From an uncultured Actinomycetes bacterium (GTDB lineage Bacteria > Actinomycetota > Thermoleophilia > RBG-16-64-13), in contig CAVPLM010000003.1 of NCBI GenBank assembly GCA_963706025.1, positions 800,001 to 864,000 on the forward strand: a stretch of DNA of 64,000 nt. The letters run 5' to 3'. The notes under the pieces are model-generated. The model saw only the letters and a list, made by a program, of their open reading frames with translations, did not search any database and was not told where the DNA came from. A program made the translations under genes and the position numbers. Shown in pieces: positions 41,384 through 51,743 of the stretch (position 1 is the stretch's first letter; the number at the start of each line of letters is the position of its first letter).

Positions 41384-42604
41384 CTAGGAGAGCATGTGGT
41401 CTACGACGATCGAACCCTCTCTGAGAACCATACGGATATCCTGGAGATTCTCGATCTTCTCCACGGGATCGCCGCCGACGATGAGGATGTCGGCGAGCAA
41501 CCCCTCTTTGACGGTGCCTACCTTGTGGTCGATGCCGAAGATGATCGCGTTGTTCTGGGTAGCGCATTTGATGGCCTCGAGCGGCGACATCCCCAAGCCG
41601 TACACATACTCTCTCAGTTCTGCGTGCAGGGAAGGCCCCCACGGAATGCCCGGGGCGCCGGAATCGCATCCGCAGCCCATCCGTACGCCTGCCTCGTAGG
41701 CCTTTCTATAGTGAGGGATGAAGTACCCGTCGGCGGTCGTGGGAACCCCCTTCTCCGCCATACGGTGGTCGTTCGTGCGCGCGAGGATGATGGTGGGCGC
41801 GAACCAGGTACCCCTGTCCACCATTAGACTGAACAACCGGTCGTAGGTCGCTTCGTCGGGTAGCTTTGCGAGACCTACGGCGATCAAGTGATTGATCTCG
41901 TCCGCCCCGTAGTTGACTAGTTTGATCGCATCGGACGCGTTGTCTATGTGACACATGACCCATAGACCGTGTTTGTGGGCCTCGTCCACGATGGCTTCCA
42001 TGACGTGGTCGGCCAGGGGCTCCATGGTCCCGGGATAAACGGAGAGCCCGGACATGGCCACGGTGACCTTGAGGTAGTTGACTCCGGCCGCCGCCAACTC
42101 ACGAACGCATTGCCTGGCCTCTTCTGCCGTTTCCGGATAGCAGCCCGCATTCTCCACGGTATCTGGGTCGTTTCCCCAGACGGTCCTGGTAGGGTGGGCA
42201 TCTCTTTTCCCGAATTGCTTTCCGCAGCAGATCATGCGGGGGCCACGAAGCAGTCCTTGCTCAATCATGTCGCGGGTCTCTAGCGCGTCCTTAAGCCAGT
42301 CGCCGCAACTCCTGATCGTGGTAACGCCGGAGGCCAGCGTGGCGTCGCGCACCGCTGCGTAGTTGAAGGACTCCCTCGCGTTGTTGAGGCCGGGAGGATC
42401 CTCGCGATCGCCGAAGTGCGCATGGCAGTCCATCAGCCCCGGAAGGAGGGCCATACCCTTCAGGTCGATGACCGTCGCCCCATCAGGCACCGGTACGTTT
42501 CTTCCCGCCGCCGCGATCCTCTTTCCGTCGACCAGCACCGTGGCGCCTACCATGGGTGCTGAACCGGTTCCATCGATGAGATGCGCATTGGTGAAAGCTA
42601 GCAT
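41384..42604 (-). CDS. Metal-dependent amidohydrolase (Xaa-Pro dipeptidase-like)
   Basis: LIDGTG, PGLMDCHAH, SGVTTIR, GCDSG, GLLADI. Confidence 0.88.
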   Translation of the reverse strand: MLAFTNAHLIDGTGSAPMVGATVLVDGKRIAAAGRNVPVPDGATVIDLKGMALLPGLMDCHAHFGDREDPPGLNNARESFNYAAVRDATLASGVTTIRSCGDWLKDALETRDMIEQGLLRGPRMICCGKQFGKRDAHPTRTVWGNDPDTVENAGCYPETAEEARQCVRELAAAGVNYLKVTVAMSGLSVYPGTMEPLADHVMEAIVDEAHKHGLWVMCHIDNASDAIKLVNYGADEINHLIAVGLAKLPDEATYDRLFSLMVDRGTWFAPTIILARTNDHRMAEKGVPTTADGYFIPHYRKAYEAGVRMGCGCDSGAPGIPWGPSLHAELREYVYGLGMSPLEAIKCATQNNAIIFGIDHKVGTVKEGLLADILIVGGDPVEKIENLQDIRMVLREGSIVVDHMLS

Positions 42605-42678
42605 TGCTTCTCCTTGCTTGGTGTTCGTCCATCAAGGGTTGCGGACCTCCAAACAGGCATCGAACGATGCGCCTCCTT

Positions 42679-42840
42679 TCAGGACCGAACGTCCACACCT
42701 TCGACCCTAATCTCGACGGTATCTCCGGCACCTACCGCGCCGATGCCTTCAGGTGTGCCATCAGCAATTATGTCACCGGGCAGTAGAGTCATAGCGTTAG
42801 TAACGAAGGCACTGAGTTCAGCTGTGCCAAAGATAAGGTG
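42679..42840 (-). pseudogene. Fumarylacetoacetate-hydrolase family C-terminal fragment
   Basis: LIF…MTLLPGDIIADGTPEGIG…GDTVEIRVEGV. Confidence 0.7.
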
Positions 42841-42869
42841 ACTGGGCCACCCGCTTCCCCTCTCCACCC

Positions 42870-44046
42870 CTACCAGGACCTGGGCTCAGGCTCCAGTCCG
42901 GGGCGGTCCGGGTATTTGGCGGCGACTGCTTTGACAGCCGGACTATCCAGCGCGGTCAGGTGGCCCTTGTCCCATACGAGCTTGTCACCTACCCGAAGAG
43001 AGGCCGTCCTCAGATCTCCGGTGCAGTGCATCCAGTACTTGTAGGAAGGCGTCCAATCGGGTGCTCCTATGTGCACATGGATGTTGCAGGTATGAGCATG
43101 CTCGATCATACGGCGATGAAGGACGTTCGGGCACTGGTAAGGAGATACGCTCGCTTGGGGGTGGACGCCACCGTGCAGGTGGTCGAAACGGTAGACCCCG
43201 TCTCCCAAGGTTCACTCATCTTCGCAAGGAACCGCTTGAGAGCCTCAGCCTCTTCTCCGCCTTCAATGTCGACTATCCGGCTGTGCTCTACGGTCAGCTT
43301 TATAGGAGAACCGAAGTAGGGGGAAATGCCTATGAAGCGCGACCAGTAGCTGAGCATGCAGTCAAATACGCAGGTGCCATTCACCTCGGCCATGGTTTAT
43401 GGGCGGGAAGACCCATTCCGGCCAGGGCCGGTAGATGCCTCCATGCTCGTGGCGCCAAACGTCGTAGGTGGGGAAGACGTTCGAGGCTTTAGCGGCGACA
43501 CTGTCGGCTGCGGCGGCAGGACCACCCCCGTCAGCTGGGTGCCCTTGTCGTCCCACATCTCCAACGATTGTCCGGGTACGAAAGCAAGTGAGGCTTCATG
43601 ACGGATCTCGCTCACAAGCTCGTAGGGAGTCCGAGCCCAGGCGGTGCAGAGCAAGGGGGCCGTCGTGGCGAAATTGTGAATGTGCGGTATGCGATCCAGA
43701 TTGGCCATGTCCTTCATCTCGACGTTCTCTTCGATCTCAAGATCCAAGGAATTGAGAATAAGGATATCAGTGGCTCGATCGCGGCCTTCACTGCGGGCGG
43801 TATACGCCAGGCGTGAGCCTTCATCGGCTCGTCTATCCAGAGAACGGTAGGGTTGGCTCCCCGAGCGGCTATGCGGGATTGGATCCAGCCGACAGCGTCC
43901 TGGTCGACCACGTTGTCTCCCCCATAGAGGCCGTCAACATGTGAGACAATCAGGATCTCTTGCCCCGCTTCGACGCGAACGCAATTGTCCAAGAAATCAT
44001 TGATAGCTATTGTCGCTACCTTGGGAATGCCGGGTGCCGTGCTCAT
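42870..44046 (-). pseudogene. Aminopeptidase-T/2,5-dihydroxypyridine dioxygenase (NicX)-like protein split by about 4 frameshifts
   Basis: Contiguous pieces in ORFs 43714..44046, 43397..43747, 43362..43556, 43106..43393 and 42870..43208; VNGTCVFD, PIKLTVE..RIVDIEGG.EA, H.HIG motifs. Confidence 0.6.
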
Positions 44047-44133
44047 GTTCGGTGTCCTCCATTCACTCGTGTGGTGTTTGGGTCGACCGGCAGTCCGCCC
44101 GGTATGTCAACCTCCATTAGGGCCATGAGTGAC

Positions 44134-45171
44134 CTATACGACGGTGAATCGCGACGTATGCATTTCCCCGTCCACCTTCAGTTGCTCCGCTAGCCCGAGG
44201 ACCGATCCAACCGCATCGGCGATGTCCTGAGGTTTTGGCAGAACCGACGTCTCCAGATGGCCGGCGGGTATAGGAATGTTGGCCGCAGCCACCCTCTTGA
44301 CCGGGCTGAGCAGCGAATTAAACACGCCCTCCGTTATCTGCATAGCGATCTCGGCGGTTACGCCGCACCGTGAGAGGTCCTCGTCAACGATGACCACCCG
44401 CCCGGTCTTTCTGACAGAACCAAGAATGGTGCTCAGATCGAGGGGCTCGAGACATCTTGGATCCACCACTTCGAGGCTGATGCCTCTCTTCTCCAAGTCA
44501 TTTGCAGCTTGGACTGCCATGGTGACCATGTAGGACGTTGCGACGATGGTGACATCTGAGCCTATTCTCTTGACGTCCGCTACGCCGAGCGGGACCACGT
44601 ATTCCTCGTCCGGGACTTCGCCCTTCACGTCCAGCAACAGCTTGTGGAACAGATAGACAACCGGATTGTTGTCCCGTATCGCGCTCTTCAGCAGGCCTTT
44701 GGCATCGTATGGAGTCGAGGGAAGGGCGATCTTCAGTCCGGGTCGGTGCCACAAGAAGCCTTCGGGGCACTGCGAATGCATCGGCCCACCGCCGCTGTAG
44801 CCGCCGATAGCCGTCTTGATGACCATCGGCACACATGTCTTGCCGCCATTGGAGAAGCGGTGGGTCGCGGCCTGGTTCAATGTCTCGTCCGCCGCGCAGA
44901 GAAGGAAGTCTGCGAACATGATGTCGGCGATAGGCCGATAGCCTGCCAAAGCGGCCCCGACCGCGGCCCCGACGATGGCCGTCTCGCTGATGGCCGTATC
45001 CCTGACCCTCCGCATGCCGAATCTCTGAACCAGACCCGTGTGAGTGTCCCACTGATCCTGGCAGATGTCTTCGCCGAGGATGAAGACGCTCTGGTCCCTC
45101 GCCATCTCCTCGTGCAGCGCTTCGTTTATGGCTTGTCTGTAGGTGATCTCTCTCACTCTGGTTACCTTCAC
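44134..45171 (-). CDS. ThDP-dependent 2-oxoacid/acetoin dehydrogenase E1 beta subunit
   Basis: ITYRQAINEAL, DTAISE, DIMFADF, HSQC, PYDAKGLL. Confidence 0.92.
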   Translation of the reverse strand: MKVTRVREITYRQAINEALHEEMARDQSVFILGEDICQDQWDTHTGLVQRFGMRRVRDTAISETAIVGAAVGAALAGYRPIADIMFADFLLCAADETLNQAATHRFSNGGKTCVPMVIKTAIGGYSGGGPMHSQCPEGFLWHRPGLKIALPSTPYDAKGLLKSAIRDNNPVVYLFHKLLLDVKGEVPDEEYVVPLGVADVKRIGSDVTIVATSYMVTMAVQAANDLEKRGISLEVVDPRCLEPLDLSTILGSVRKTGRVVIVDEDLSRCGVTAEIAMQITEGVFNSLLSPVKRVAAANIPIPAGHLETSVLPKPQDIADAVGSVLGLAEQLKVDGEMHTSRFTVV

Positions 45172-46152
45172 CTAATCCGCATAGAGGGCGGTGGTCAGAA
45201 TCTCGGGCTCGGGCAGCGGGCTGTCGAGAGCGAACTTCTCCGCGTCTTCTACCTCTTCGGCCACCCTGCTGCGGATCTGTCGTATCTCGGTGTCCGATAT
45301 CAACCCCGTTTGTAGCAACCTCTGTTCACATAGTTGGATCGGATCTCTCGCCTTCCAGCACTCGAGCATTGCCTCGTCACGCAAGCCGTCCTGACAATAA
45401 TCCGGTATCCCCTCCACCTGCGGACGGTAGCGGCACGTTTTGAACTCGATGAAGCTCGGGCCTTCCCCAGATCTGGCCCTTTCAACAGCGACTCGGGCGG
45501 CCTCGTACACCTTCATCACGTCCTGGCCATCCTCAATGGCAGCCGGTATGTCATAGCCAAAGGCCAGATCGGCGATGTTCTCCCTGGGATAGGACGCAGA
45601 CACAGGGACCCACATACCCATGCCGTTGTTCGAGCAGATCCATACGATCGGTAGCTTCCAGTTGGCACTCATAAGCAGCGCCGTATGAAGGCTGCCCTCG
45701 CCGACGGCACCGTCTCCAAAGAAGCAGACGACAACCTGCTGCTTTCCGCGGAGTTCGGCTGCAAGCGCCGTACCGGCGGCGAGGGTGGACTCGCCTCCTA
45801 CCGTACCGCCCATGCCGAATATGCCCACCTCGGGATAACACGTGTTGATGAAGCCGATTCCTTGGCAGGAGCCCGTCGCCCGGCCGTAGTGCTCGGCAAT
45901 CAGCATCCTTGCCGGCAGCCCCTTGGAGATCACTTCACATACGCCGTGGCCTCGATGGGTGTACCAGAGGTAGTCGTCCTGTCTGAGGAACGTGCAAACC
46001 CCTACTCCGATCGCTTCCTGACCTTGCTGGCTGTGGAAGAAGGGACCCGACAGTCTCCTGCTGTAGTAGGCCTGGACAAGCAACTCATCCAGTTTTCGTA
46101 CGCGGAGCAGGTTGGTGTATAGCTTGACGTGCTGTTCCTTAGTCAACTCCAT
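45172..46152 (-). CDS. ThDP-dependent dehydrogenase E1 alpha subunit
   Basis: GQEA, THRGHG, FFGDGA…NN ThDP motif. Confidence 0.92.
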   Translation of the reverse strand: MELTKEQHVKLYTNLLRVRKLDELLVQAYYSRRLSGPFFHSQQGQEAIGVGVCTFLRQDDYLWYTHRGHGVCEVISKGLPARMLIAEHYGRATGSCQGIGFINTCYPEVGIFGMGGTVGGESTLAAGTALAAELRGKQQVVVCFFGDGAVGEGSLHTALLMSANWKLPIVWICSNNGMGMWVPVSASYPRENIADLAFGYDIPAAIEDGQDVMKVYEAARVAVERARSGEGPSFIEFKTCRYRPQVEGIPDYCQDGLRDEAMLECWKARDPIQLCEQRLLQTGLISDTEIRQIRSRVAEEVEDAEKFALDSPLPEPEILTTALYAD

Positions 46153-46162
46153 GCCGGTCTTC

Positions 46163-46279
46163 TCACACGAGCCGGTTGACTGCGTCGAGAATCCGGTCCT
46201 TCTCGACGAGAACAGTGGCACCGTCAATCGGTTCTCGCCCGGTGCCGTCAATCAATTGGGCATTCGTGAGCGCCAACAT
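46163..46279 (-). pseudogene. N-terminal remnant of an amidohydrolase
   Basis: RBS GGAGGTG then MLALTNAQLIDGTGREPIDGATVLVEKDRI, a paralogue of the 42604 N-terminus. Confidence 0.75.
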
Positions 46280-46389
46280 CGTGTCTCACCTCCAGCTGCT
46301 GGATCATGACCACGAGACCAGACTAACACACGTTAGGTTACCGGTCTATAGGATCTTCCGCCCGTCCTTCGCGGGCTACCGCGTGTCGG

Positions 46390-46642
46390 CAACAAGGACG
46401 TCTCGTGGTGCGGGGTCACTGCTGAGATCGCCATGCGGATCATGGAGCAGGCCTACGGCTTGCTGGTCACGCCCATCAAGCGCGTGGCGGCCGCGAACAT
46501 ACCCGTCCCCCCCGGTCATCTGGAACGGTGGGTTCTGCCCAAACCGCAGGCCATCGCCAATGCAGTTGGGTCCGTCATGGGGATCGATGAGCAGCTTGCG
46601 GTGACTGCGAGGGCACCAGGCCCCGGGTCCACTGTGGTCTAA
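46390..46642 (+). pseudogene. C-terminal remnant of a second E1 beta subunit (inverted orientation)
   Basis: CGVTAEIAM…PIKRVAAANIPVPPGHLE..VLPKPQ matches the C-terminus of 44134..45171. Confidence 0.8.
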
Positions 46643-46731
46643 TGTGGGTGCCCGGCCCGGCCGCTGGGCCTGTTCTCCCACCAACTCCAAGAGCGGCTTC
46701 GCGCGAACAGTAAGGGTCCGCAGCCGTGTTC

Positions 46732-46790
46732 TTGACAAGACCGTCCGTAGAACCTAGTATCTATCCAAGGCCTCCTAATGCGCATTAGGA
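46732..46790 (+). promoter_or_regulatory. sigma70 promoter plus palindromic operator of the transporter/catabolic operon
   Basis: TTGACA-N17-TAGTAT; perfect 18-bp palindrome TCCTAATGCGCATTAGGA at 46773-46790. Confidence 0.8.
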
Positions 46791-46833
46791 AACCGGCCTC
46801 CGTTTGGGCACTCTATCAGGGGAGAGGTATGAG

Positions 46834-48126
46834 ATGAAGAGGTCTGTTCCATTAGTCTTGCTGGCACTCGCGACTGTCATATTACTTCTTGTCGTACCCA
46901 TGGCCGGCTGTGGCGAAGATGAGGAGACCACCACGACGGCGGCGAACACCGCCACGACAGCAGCACCGGCTACGACGACCACGGCGGCGCCGACCACGAC
47001 GACTTCGGCAGCGCCGGCTGAGCCCATCAAGATCGGCTGCCTCCTCGACCTGACTGGATTCCTCGCCTGGACGGGGACCGACAACCAGAAGGGGATGGAA
47101 CTGTGCCTTGAGTTGGCCGGTAACCAGGTGGCCGGTCATCCCATCGAGTTCATAGTCGAGGATGCCGCCACCGACGGTGCCGTCGCCATGGACAAGGCAA
47201 GAAAACTGGTCGAGACCGACAACGTAAGCATGGTCCTGGGTCCCGTCAACGGCATGGGCGACCAGGCGATCACAGGATACATGGAGGAGCAGGGGAGACC
47301 CCGCATAGAGCTGGCGCCTACGGAAGAGATAGTGGCAGGGTCCGGAGCTGCGTGGAACTTCATGCCCCACGGTTCCGGCATGATGTTCGGGTACGCCGTG
47401 GCGGACTATGCATACAATGACAAGGGATACAGGTCGGTTGTCGGCTTGGGCGCCGATATGGATGCCGGCCATACCTTCCTGGGCGGTTTCCTCTCGGCCT
47501 TCACGGACCTGGGCGGGACGATAGCCCAGGAAACCTACTATGCCCCTGGCACGACCGACTTCCTGCCGTTCTACGCCAGCTTCCCGCAGGCCGACTGCGT
47601 CGCCACCTGGTGGCCGGGCACAGACGGGCTCTCCGGGTTCCCACAGTACGCGGAGTCCGGGTTGACCATGCCCATGATTCAGCCCGAGGACGGTGGCCTT
47701 ACGGCCGACCCGAAAGCCCTGGCCGAGCTCCCGTCCGCTGTGGGTTGCGAAGCAGGTACGTTGTACACGTATCTCATGGAGACGGAGGGCAACGAGGAGT
47801 TTGTTGCCGCGTATGAAGCCAAGTACGGTGTGAAGCCGGGTGTCTTCGCCGGCACAGGCTACGCGACGATGCAGTACGTCCTCTCGGTCCTGGAGGCTAC
47901 GAACGGCGACACTACGCCGCAGGCGCTGCAGGAGGCCTTGAAGGCGGCCAACATCGAGACAGTGTGCGGGCCGGTCTACTTCCCGAGCGAGGCGAACAAT
48001 ATTGGCATAGGCCGCATTCTCATAATGAAAGTGAGCGAGGACTTGCTGCCGGAGGCGATCAAGACCATCCAGGTCAAGGAAGAACACGACGCGTCAGGTG
48101 CACCAGTACTCTCGGTAGTCCAGTAG
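46834..48126 (+). CDS. LIV-type ABC transporter substrate-binding lipoprotein
   Basis: MAGC lipobox, Thr-rich linker, PIKIG..DLTG, ARKLVE.D.V. Confidence 0.9.
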   Translation: MKRSVPLVLLALATVILLLVVPMAGCGEDEETTTTAANTATTAAPATTTTAAPTTTTSAAPAEPIKIGCLLDLTGFLAWTGTDNQKGMELCLELAGNQVAGHPIEFIVEDAATDGAVAMDKARKLVETDNVSMVLGPVNGMGDQAITGYMEEQGRPRIELAPTEEIVAGSGAAWNFMPHGSGMMFGYAVADYAYNDKGYRSVVGLGADMDAGHTFLGGFLSAFTDLGGTIAQETYYAPGTTDFLPFYASFPQADCVATWWPGTDGLSGFPQYAESGLTMPMIQPEDGGLTADPKALAELPSAVGCEAGTLYTYLMETEGNEEFVAAYEAKYGVKPGVFAGTGYATMQYVLSVLEATNGDTTPQALQEALKAANIETVCGPVYFPSEANNIGIGRILIMKVSEDLLPEAIKTIQVKEEHDASGAPVLSVVQ

Positions 48127-48328
48127 CCTAGCTCTGGTCATAAGACCCAGCAATTGACCGACTGCCTATCTATCGGAGATAGCGTGCCACGGGTCTTCAC
48201 CCATCGGCCGGCTCTGCGGCCTCGCAAAGGCGACCCATGGGGGGCCCGTGGCATGTCTCCTCCGATTCGGATCCTCGGCGGGTTCCCTCCACCAGGGGCC
48301 TTGATGTTCGAGAAGGCCTGACCCCACA

Positions 48329-49183
48329 ATGAGCGCACTCTATTCGATCCTGTCCGGCATCTCCTACGGGATGGTCCTGTTCCTGCTGTCTGCCGGCGTC
48401 TCTATAGTGTTCGGACTCATGAACATCGTGAACCTGGCTCATGGCATGCTCTTCATGCTGGCCGCGTATGCGGGAATAGAGGTCGTGCAGTCCACCGGCA
48501 GCTTCTGGCTCGCCCTGGTGGTCGGCATCTTCGCAGCCGGTCTTGCGGGATTGATCATAGAGCGGGGCTTTCTCCGCACGCTCTATGCCAAACAACTGTC
48601 TCAGATACTCGTCTGTTTCGGCTTTATCTACGTAATCACCAATCTGCACCTCTGGCTCTATGGGCCGATTCCGAAGACAATGCCCGTTCCCGAAGTATTG
48701 CAGAACTCGGTCCCTATCGGCGCGTATCAGTTCAGCTACTACCGCATCATGATCATCCTTGTCGGCCTGCTCCTGTGCGGGCTTCTCTATTTTGCCCAGG
48801 AGCGCACCAGAGTGGGAGCGATCGTGCGGGCGGGGATGGAAAAGCCCGAGATGGTGAACACCATGGGCATCAACCTGATGGCCGTGAACATCGGAGCCTT
48901 CTTTGTGGCCTCTTGCCTGTCGGGTCTGGCGGGCGTTCTGGGCGCCGGGGTCATCGGAGGGGTGTCTTACTTCACCGGGGGAAATTATGTCTTCGTGGCG
49001 ATCGCGGTGTGCATCATCGGCGGTGTAGGCTCGGTGCAAGGAGCTTTGGCAGGCGCCCTCATCATTGGTGTGTGCGAAGCCCTCGCCAAGACGTTCTATC
49101 CTCCGCTGGCCTTGTACATCATGTACCTCTTGATGGCGCTGGTGATCATATTCCGGCCCAGCGGGTTGTTGGGCAAGAAATGA
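48329..49183 (+). CDS. LIV-type ABC permease (LivH-like)
   Basis: FGLMNIVNLAHG, IIGGVGS. Confidence 0.9.
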   Translation: MSALYSILSGISYGMVLFLLSAGVSIVFGLMNIVNLAHGMLFMLAAYAGIEVVQSTGSFWLALVVGIFAAGLAGLIIERGFLRTLYAKQLSQILVCFGFIYVITNLHLWLYGPIPKTMPVPEVLQNSVPIGAYQFSYYRIMIILVGLLLCGLLYFAQERTRVGAIVRAGMEKPEMVNTMGINLMAVNIGAFFVASCLSGLAGVLGAGVIGGVSYFTGGNYVFVAIAVCIIGGVGSVQGALAGALIIGVCEALAKTFYPPLALYIMYLLMALVIIFRPSGLLGKK

Positions 49184-50256
49184 GAGCGAAGCGTTCCGCA
49201 GACGGCTCCGTTCCTGCCGGTCGAGCGCTCCCGCCGCATCTCGGCAGACGGCTCGCATACTTCAGTCCGCTGGCCGCCGCCCTGCTCGTTCTGCTGAGCG
49301 GCCCCGCCTTCCTGGCTCCGGATATGGTCAGCCTCCTGATCAAGATCGTCATCTACGCCCTGCTGGCGATGAGCCTGGACCTGATCTTCGGGTACACGGG
49401 CTTGTGGTCTTTCGGGCACGCGGCCATTTTCGGCGTTGCCGCCTACACCGTTGCCATCCTTGTCATCAAGGTAGGTCTCACGACCTTCTGGGTGGTGGCT
49501 CCCATAGGCGTGGGGGCGGCGGTCATCATGGCTGCGCTGTACGGTGTGTTAGGACTGCGCTCCAGAGAGATCTACTTCATGCTGGTCACGTTCGCCTTCG
49601 GGCAATTGATCTACGTCGCCGCGCGAACCTCCACCGCGTACACGGGAGGGTCCAACGGCATCTGGGGCGTCCCTTACCCGGATCTGGGTTTTGGCCCGCA
49701 ATTGACCAAGACGAGCTACTACTACTTCGTGCTGATAGTGGTAGCCATCGGGGCTGTGTTGCTGTACCGGATCACGAAGTCCCCGTTCGGCTACAGCCTC
49801 AGGGGCATCCAGGACAACGAGGTCAGAACCAAGGCCCTTGGCTACAACACTTGGATGCGGCGTTTCTTGGCCCTCATCCTGAGCGGCTTCTTCGCCGGCG
49901 TGGCTGGGGTGCTCTACATCTACTACAATGGCGGCATCGGGCCCGAACAGGTGGGTTTGGACTACTCCGGTCTGCTCATCATGATGCTGATCATCGGCGG
50001 CATGGGCACGCTTTGGGGGGGCGTGATCGGCAGCGTGGTGATCCTGCTCCTCTCGTACGTCATCAGCCTGTATACGCCGGCCAGATGGCCGTTGATCCTT
50101 GGTTCCCTGTTCATCGCGGCCGTGTTCTTTGCCGGGGACGGCATCTTGCCCCGTTTCACAAAGTTGTGGAAGCGGGTCTGCCGGTACCAGGTGAACGGGG
50201 GCAGCCGCTCGGAGAGGGCGCCGGAAGACGTGTCTTTGGGCGACAAGGGCTCCTGA
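49180..50256 (+). CDS. LIV-type ABC permease (LivM-like)
   Basis: GYTGLWSFGHA, YFMLVTFAF, TGGSNG, SPFG. Confidence 0.9.
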   Translation: MRAKRSADGSVPAGRALPPHLGRRLAYFSPLAAALLVLLSGPAFLAPDMVSLLIKIVIYALLAMSLDLIFGYTGLWSFGHAAIFGVAAYTVAILVIKVGLTTFWVVAPIGVGAAVIMAALYGVLGLRSREIYFMLVTFAFGQLIYVAARTSTAYTGGSNGIWGVPYPDLGFGPQLTKTSYYYFVLIVVAIGAVLLYRITKSPFGYSLRGIQDNEVRTKALGYNTWMRRFLALILSGFFAGVAGVLYIYYNGGIGPEQVGLDYSGLLIMMLIIGGMGTLWGGVIGSVVILLLSYVISLYTPARWPLILGSLFIAAVFFAGDGILPRFTKLWKRVCRYQVNGGSRSERAPEDVSLGDKGS

Positions 50257-50257
50257 G

Positions 50258-51016
50258 ATGGCGGACATGCTCAAGATCGACAACGTGACCCAGGCCTACG
50301 GCGGCCTCACGGTACTCCAGGGTATCAGCTTCGTGGTCGCCCCCGGGGAGAAGGTGGCCCTGATCGGGCCCAACGGGGCCGGCAAGACTACCGTGCTCAA
50401 CGTGCTTACCGGCCTGCTTGCCCCCGCGTCGGGCAGCGTCTACCTGTCCGGGCAAGACATAACGGGACTCCCGGTGCAGAGGAGGATCGCCCTTGGCATG
50501 GGTCGGAGCTTCCAGATCACCAGCCTCTTCCCCCAGCTCAGCATCCTGCACAACGTCCTGCTGGCCCTGTTGGGGGTTCAAAGAGCGAGCTACCACATGC
50601 TGCGGAGCATCACCTCCTTCAAGGCGGCGAACGCCGCGGCGAAGCAGTTGCTCGACTCGGTCGACCTATGGGATGCGCGTGACCTTCTCCCCACAGAGAT
50701 CTCCTACGGGCAGCAGAGACGCCTGGAGCTCACCTTGGCCCTGGCCTCTCAACCCAAAGTCCTCCTGTTGGACGAGCCGAGCGCGGGCCTCTCGAACGAA
50801 GAATCTGCCGCCCTTGGCAGAATGCTGCGGCTGCCGGCCTATGAGGACGTGGCGATCCTGCTGGTGGCTCACGACATGGACCTGGTCTTCGGGGTGGCGG
50901 ATCGGATCCTGGTGCTCTACTACGGCGCCATCGTTTCCGAGGGCAAAGCCGAGGAGATTCAAAGAGACGAGAAGGTAAGGGAGATCTACTTCGGCTCGGG
51001 GGCGGACCGTGCTTGA
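50258..51016 (+). CDS. LIV-type ABC ATPase (LivG-like)
   Basis: GPNGAGKTT, ISYGQQR, LLDEP. Confidence 0.92.
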   Translation: MADMLKIDNVTQAYGGLTVLQGISFVVAPGEKVALIGPNGAGKTTVLNVLTGLLAPASGSVYLSGQDITGLPVQRRIALGMGRSFQITSLFPQLSILHNVLLALLGVQRASYHMLRSITSFKAANAAAKQLLDSVDLWDARDLLPTEISYGQQRRLELTLALASQPKVLLLDEPSAGLSNEESAALGRMLRLPAYEDVAILLVAHDMDLVFGVADRILVLYYGAIVSEGKAEEIQRDEKVREIYFGSGADRA

Positions 51017-51719
51017 GATCGCCGGCATCGATACGTACTACGGCCAGACCCAGATCTTGAGGAACGTCTCGTTGGCCGTGGAAGAGGGCAAGATAGTCAC
51101 CCTGCTTGGACGCAACGGCATGGGGAAGACCACCACCGCACGCTCGATCATGGGGCTCACGCCGCCTCGCGCTGGATCCATCACGTTCGAGGGCAAGGAC
51201 ATCACGCACCTGAAGCACTTCCGCATCGCCCGCCTGGGGCTGGCTCTGGTGCCGCAAGGTCGCCTGATCTTCGCCTCGCTGAGCGTGAAGGAGAACCTGA
51301 CCATGGGGATGCGGGGGGAAGGGTTCTCGCTTGACAACATATACGAGTACTTCCCGGTCCTCAAAGAAAGATCGAAACACAAGGGGAACCAGCTCAGCGG
51401 CGGCGAGCAGCAGATGCTGGCCATAGCCCGGGCCCTGCTTGCCAATCCCAAGCTACTGCTGTTGGACGAGCCCTCCGAGGGCCTTGCTCCAAGGATCGTG
51501 GAAGAAGTGGGCCAGATCGTCCTGAAGCTCAAGGAGATGGGATTGTCGGTCCTTCTGGTGGAGCAGAACCTGTCATTGGCTCTCGGCGTGAGCGACTATG
51601 CCTACGTGATGCACAGGGGAGAGATCGTCTACCGGGGAGCCACCGCGGAGCTGGCACAGAATGATGCCGTGCAGGCGGAGTACATTGGCGTTTCCGGGTC
51701 GGGACGAAGCGCGGGTTGA
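51009..51719 (+). CDS. LIV-type ABC ATPase (LivF-like)
   Basis: GRNGMGKTT, LSGGEQQML, LLDEPSEGLAP, VEQN. Confidence 0.92.
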   Translation: MLEIAGIDTYYGQTQILRNVSLAVEEGKIVTLLGRNGMGKTTTARSIMGLTPPRAGSITFEGKDITHLKHFRIARLGLALVPQGRLIFASLSVKENLTMGMRGEGFSLDNIYEYFPVLKERSKHKGNQLSGGEQQMLAIARALLANPKLLLLDEPSEGLAPRIVEEVGQIVLKLKEMGLSVLLVEQNLSLALGVSDYAYVMHRGEIVYRGATAELAQNDAVQAEYIGVSGSGRSAG

Positions 51720-51743
51720 CCTAACCGAAAGGAGAAGGGGTCG

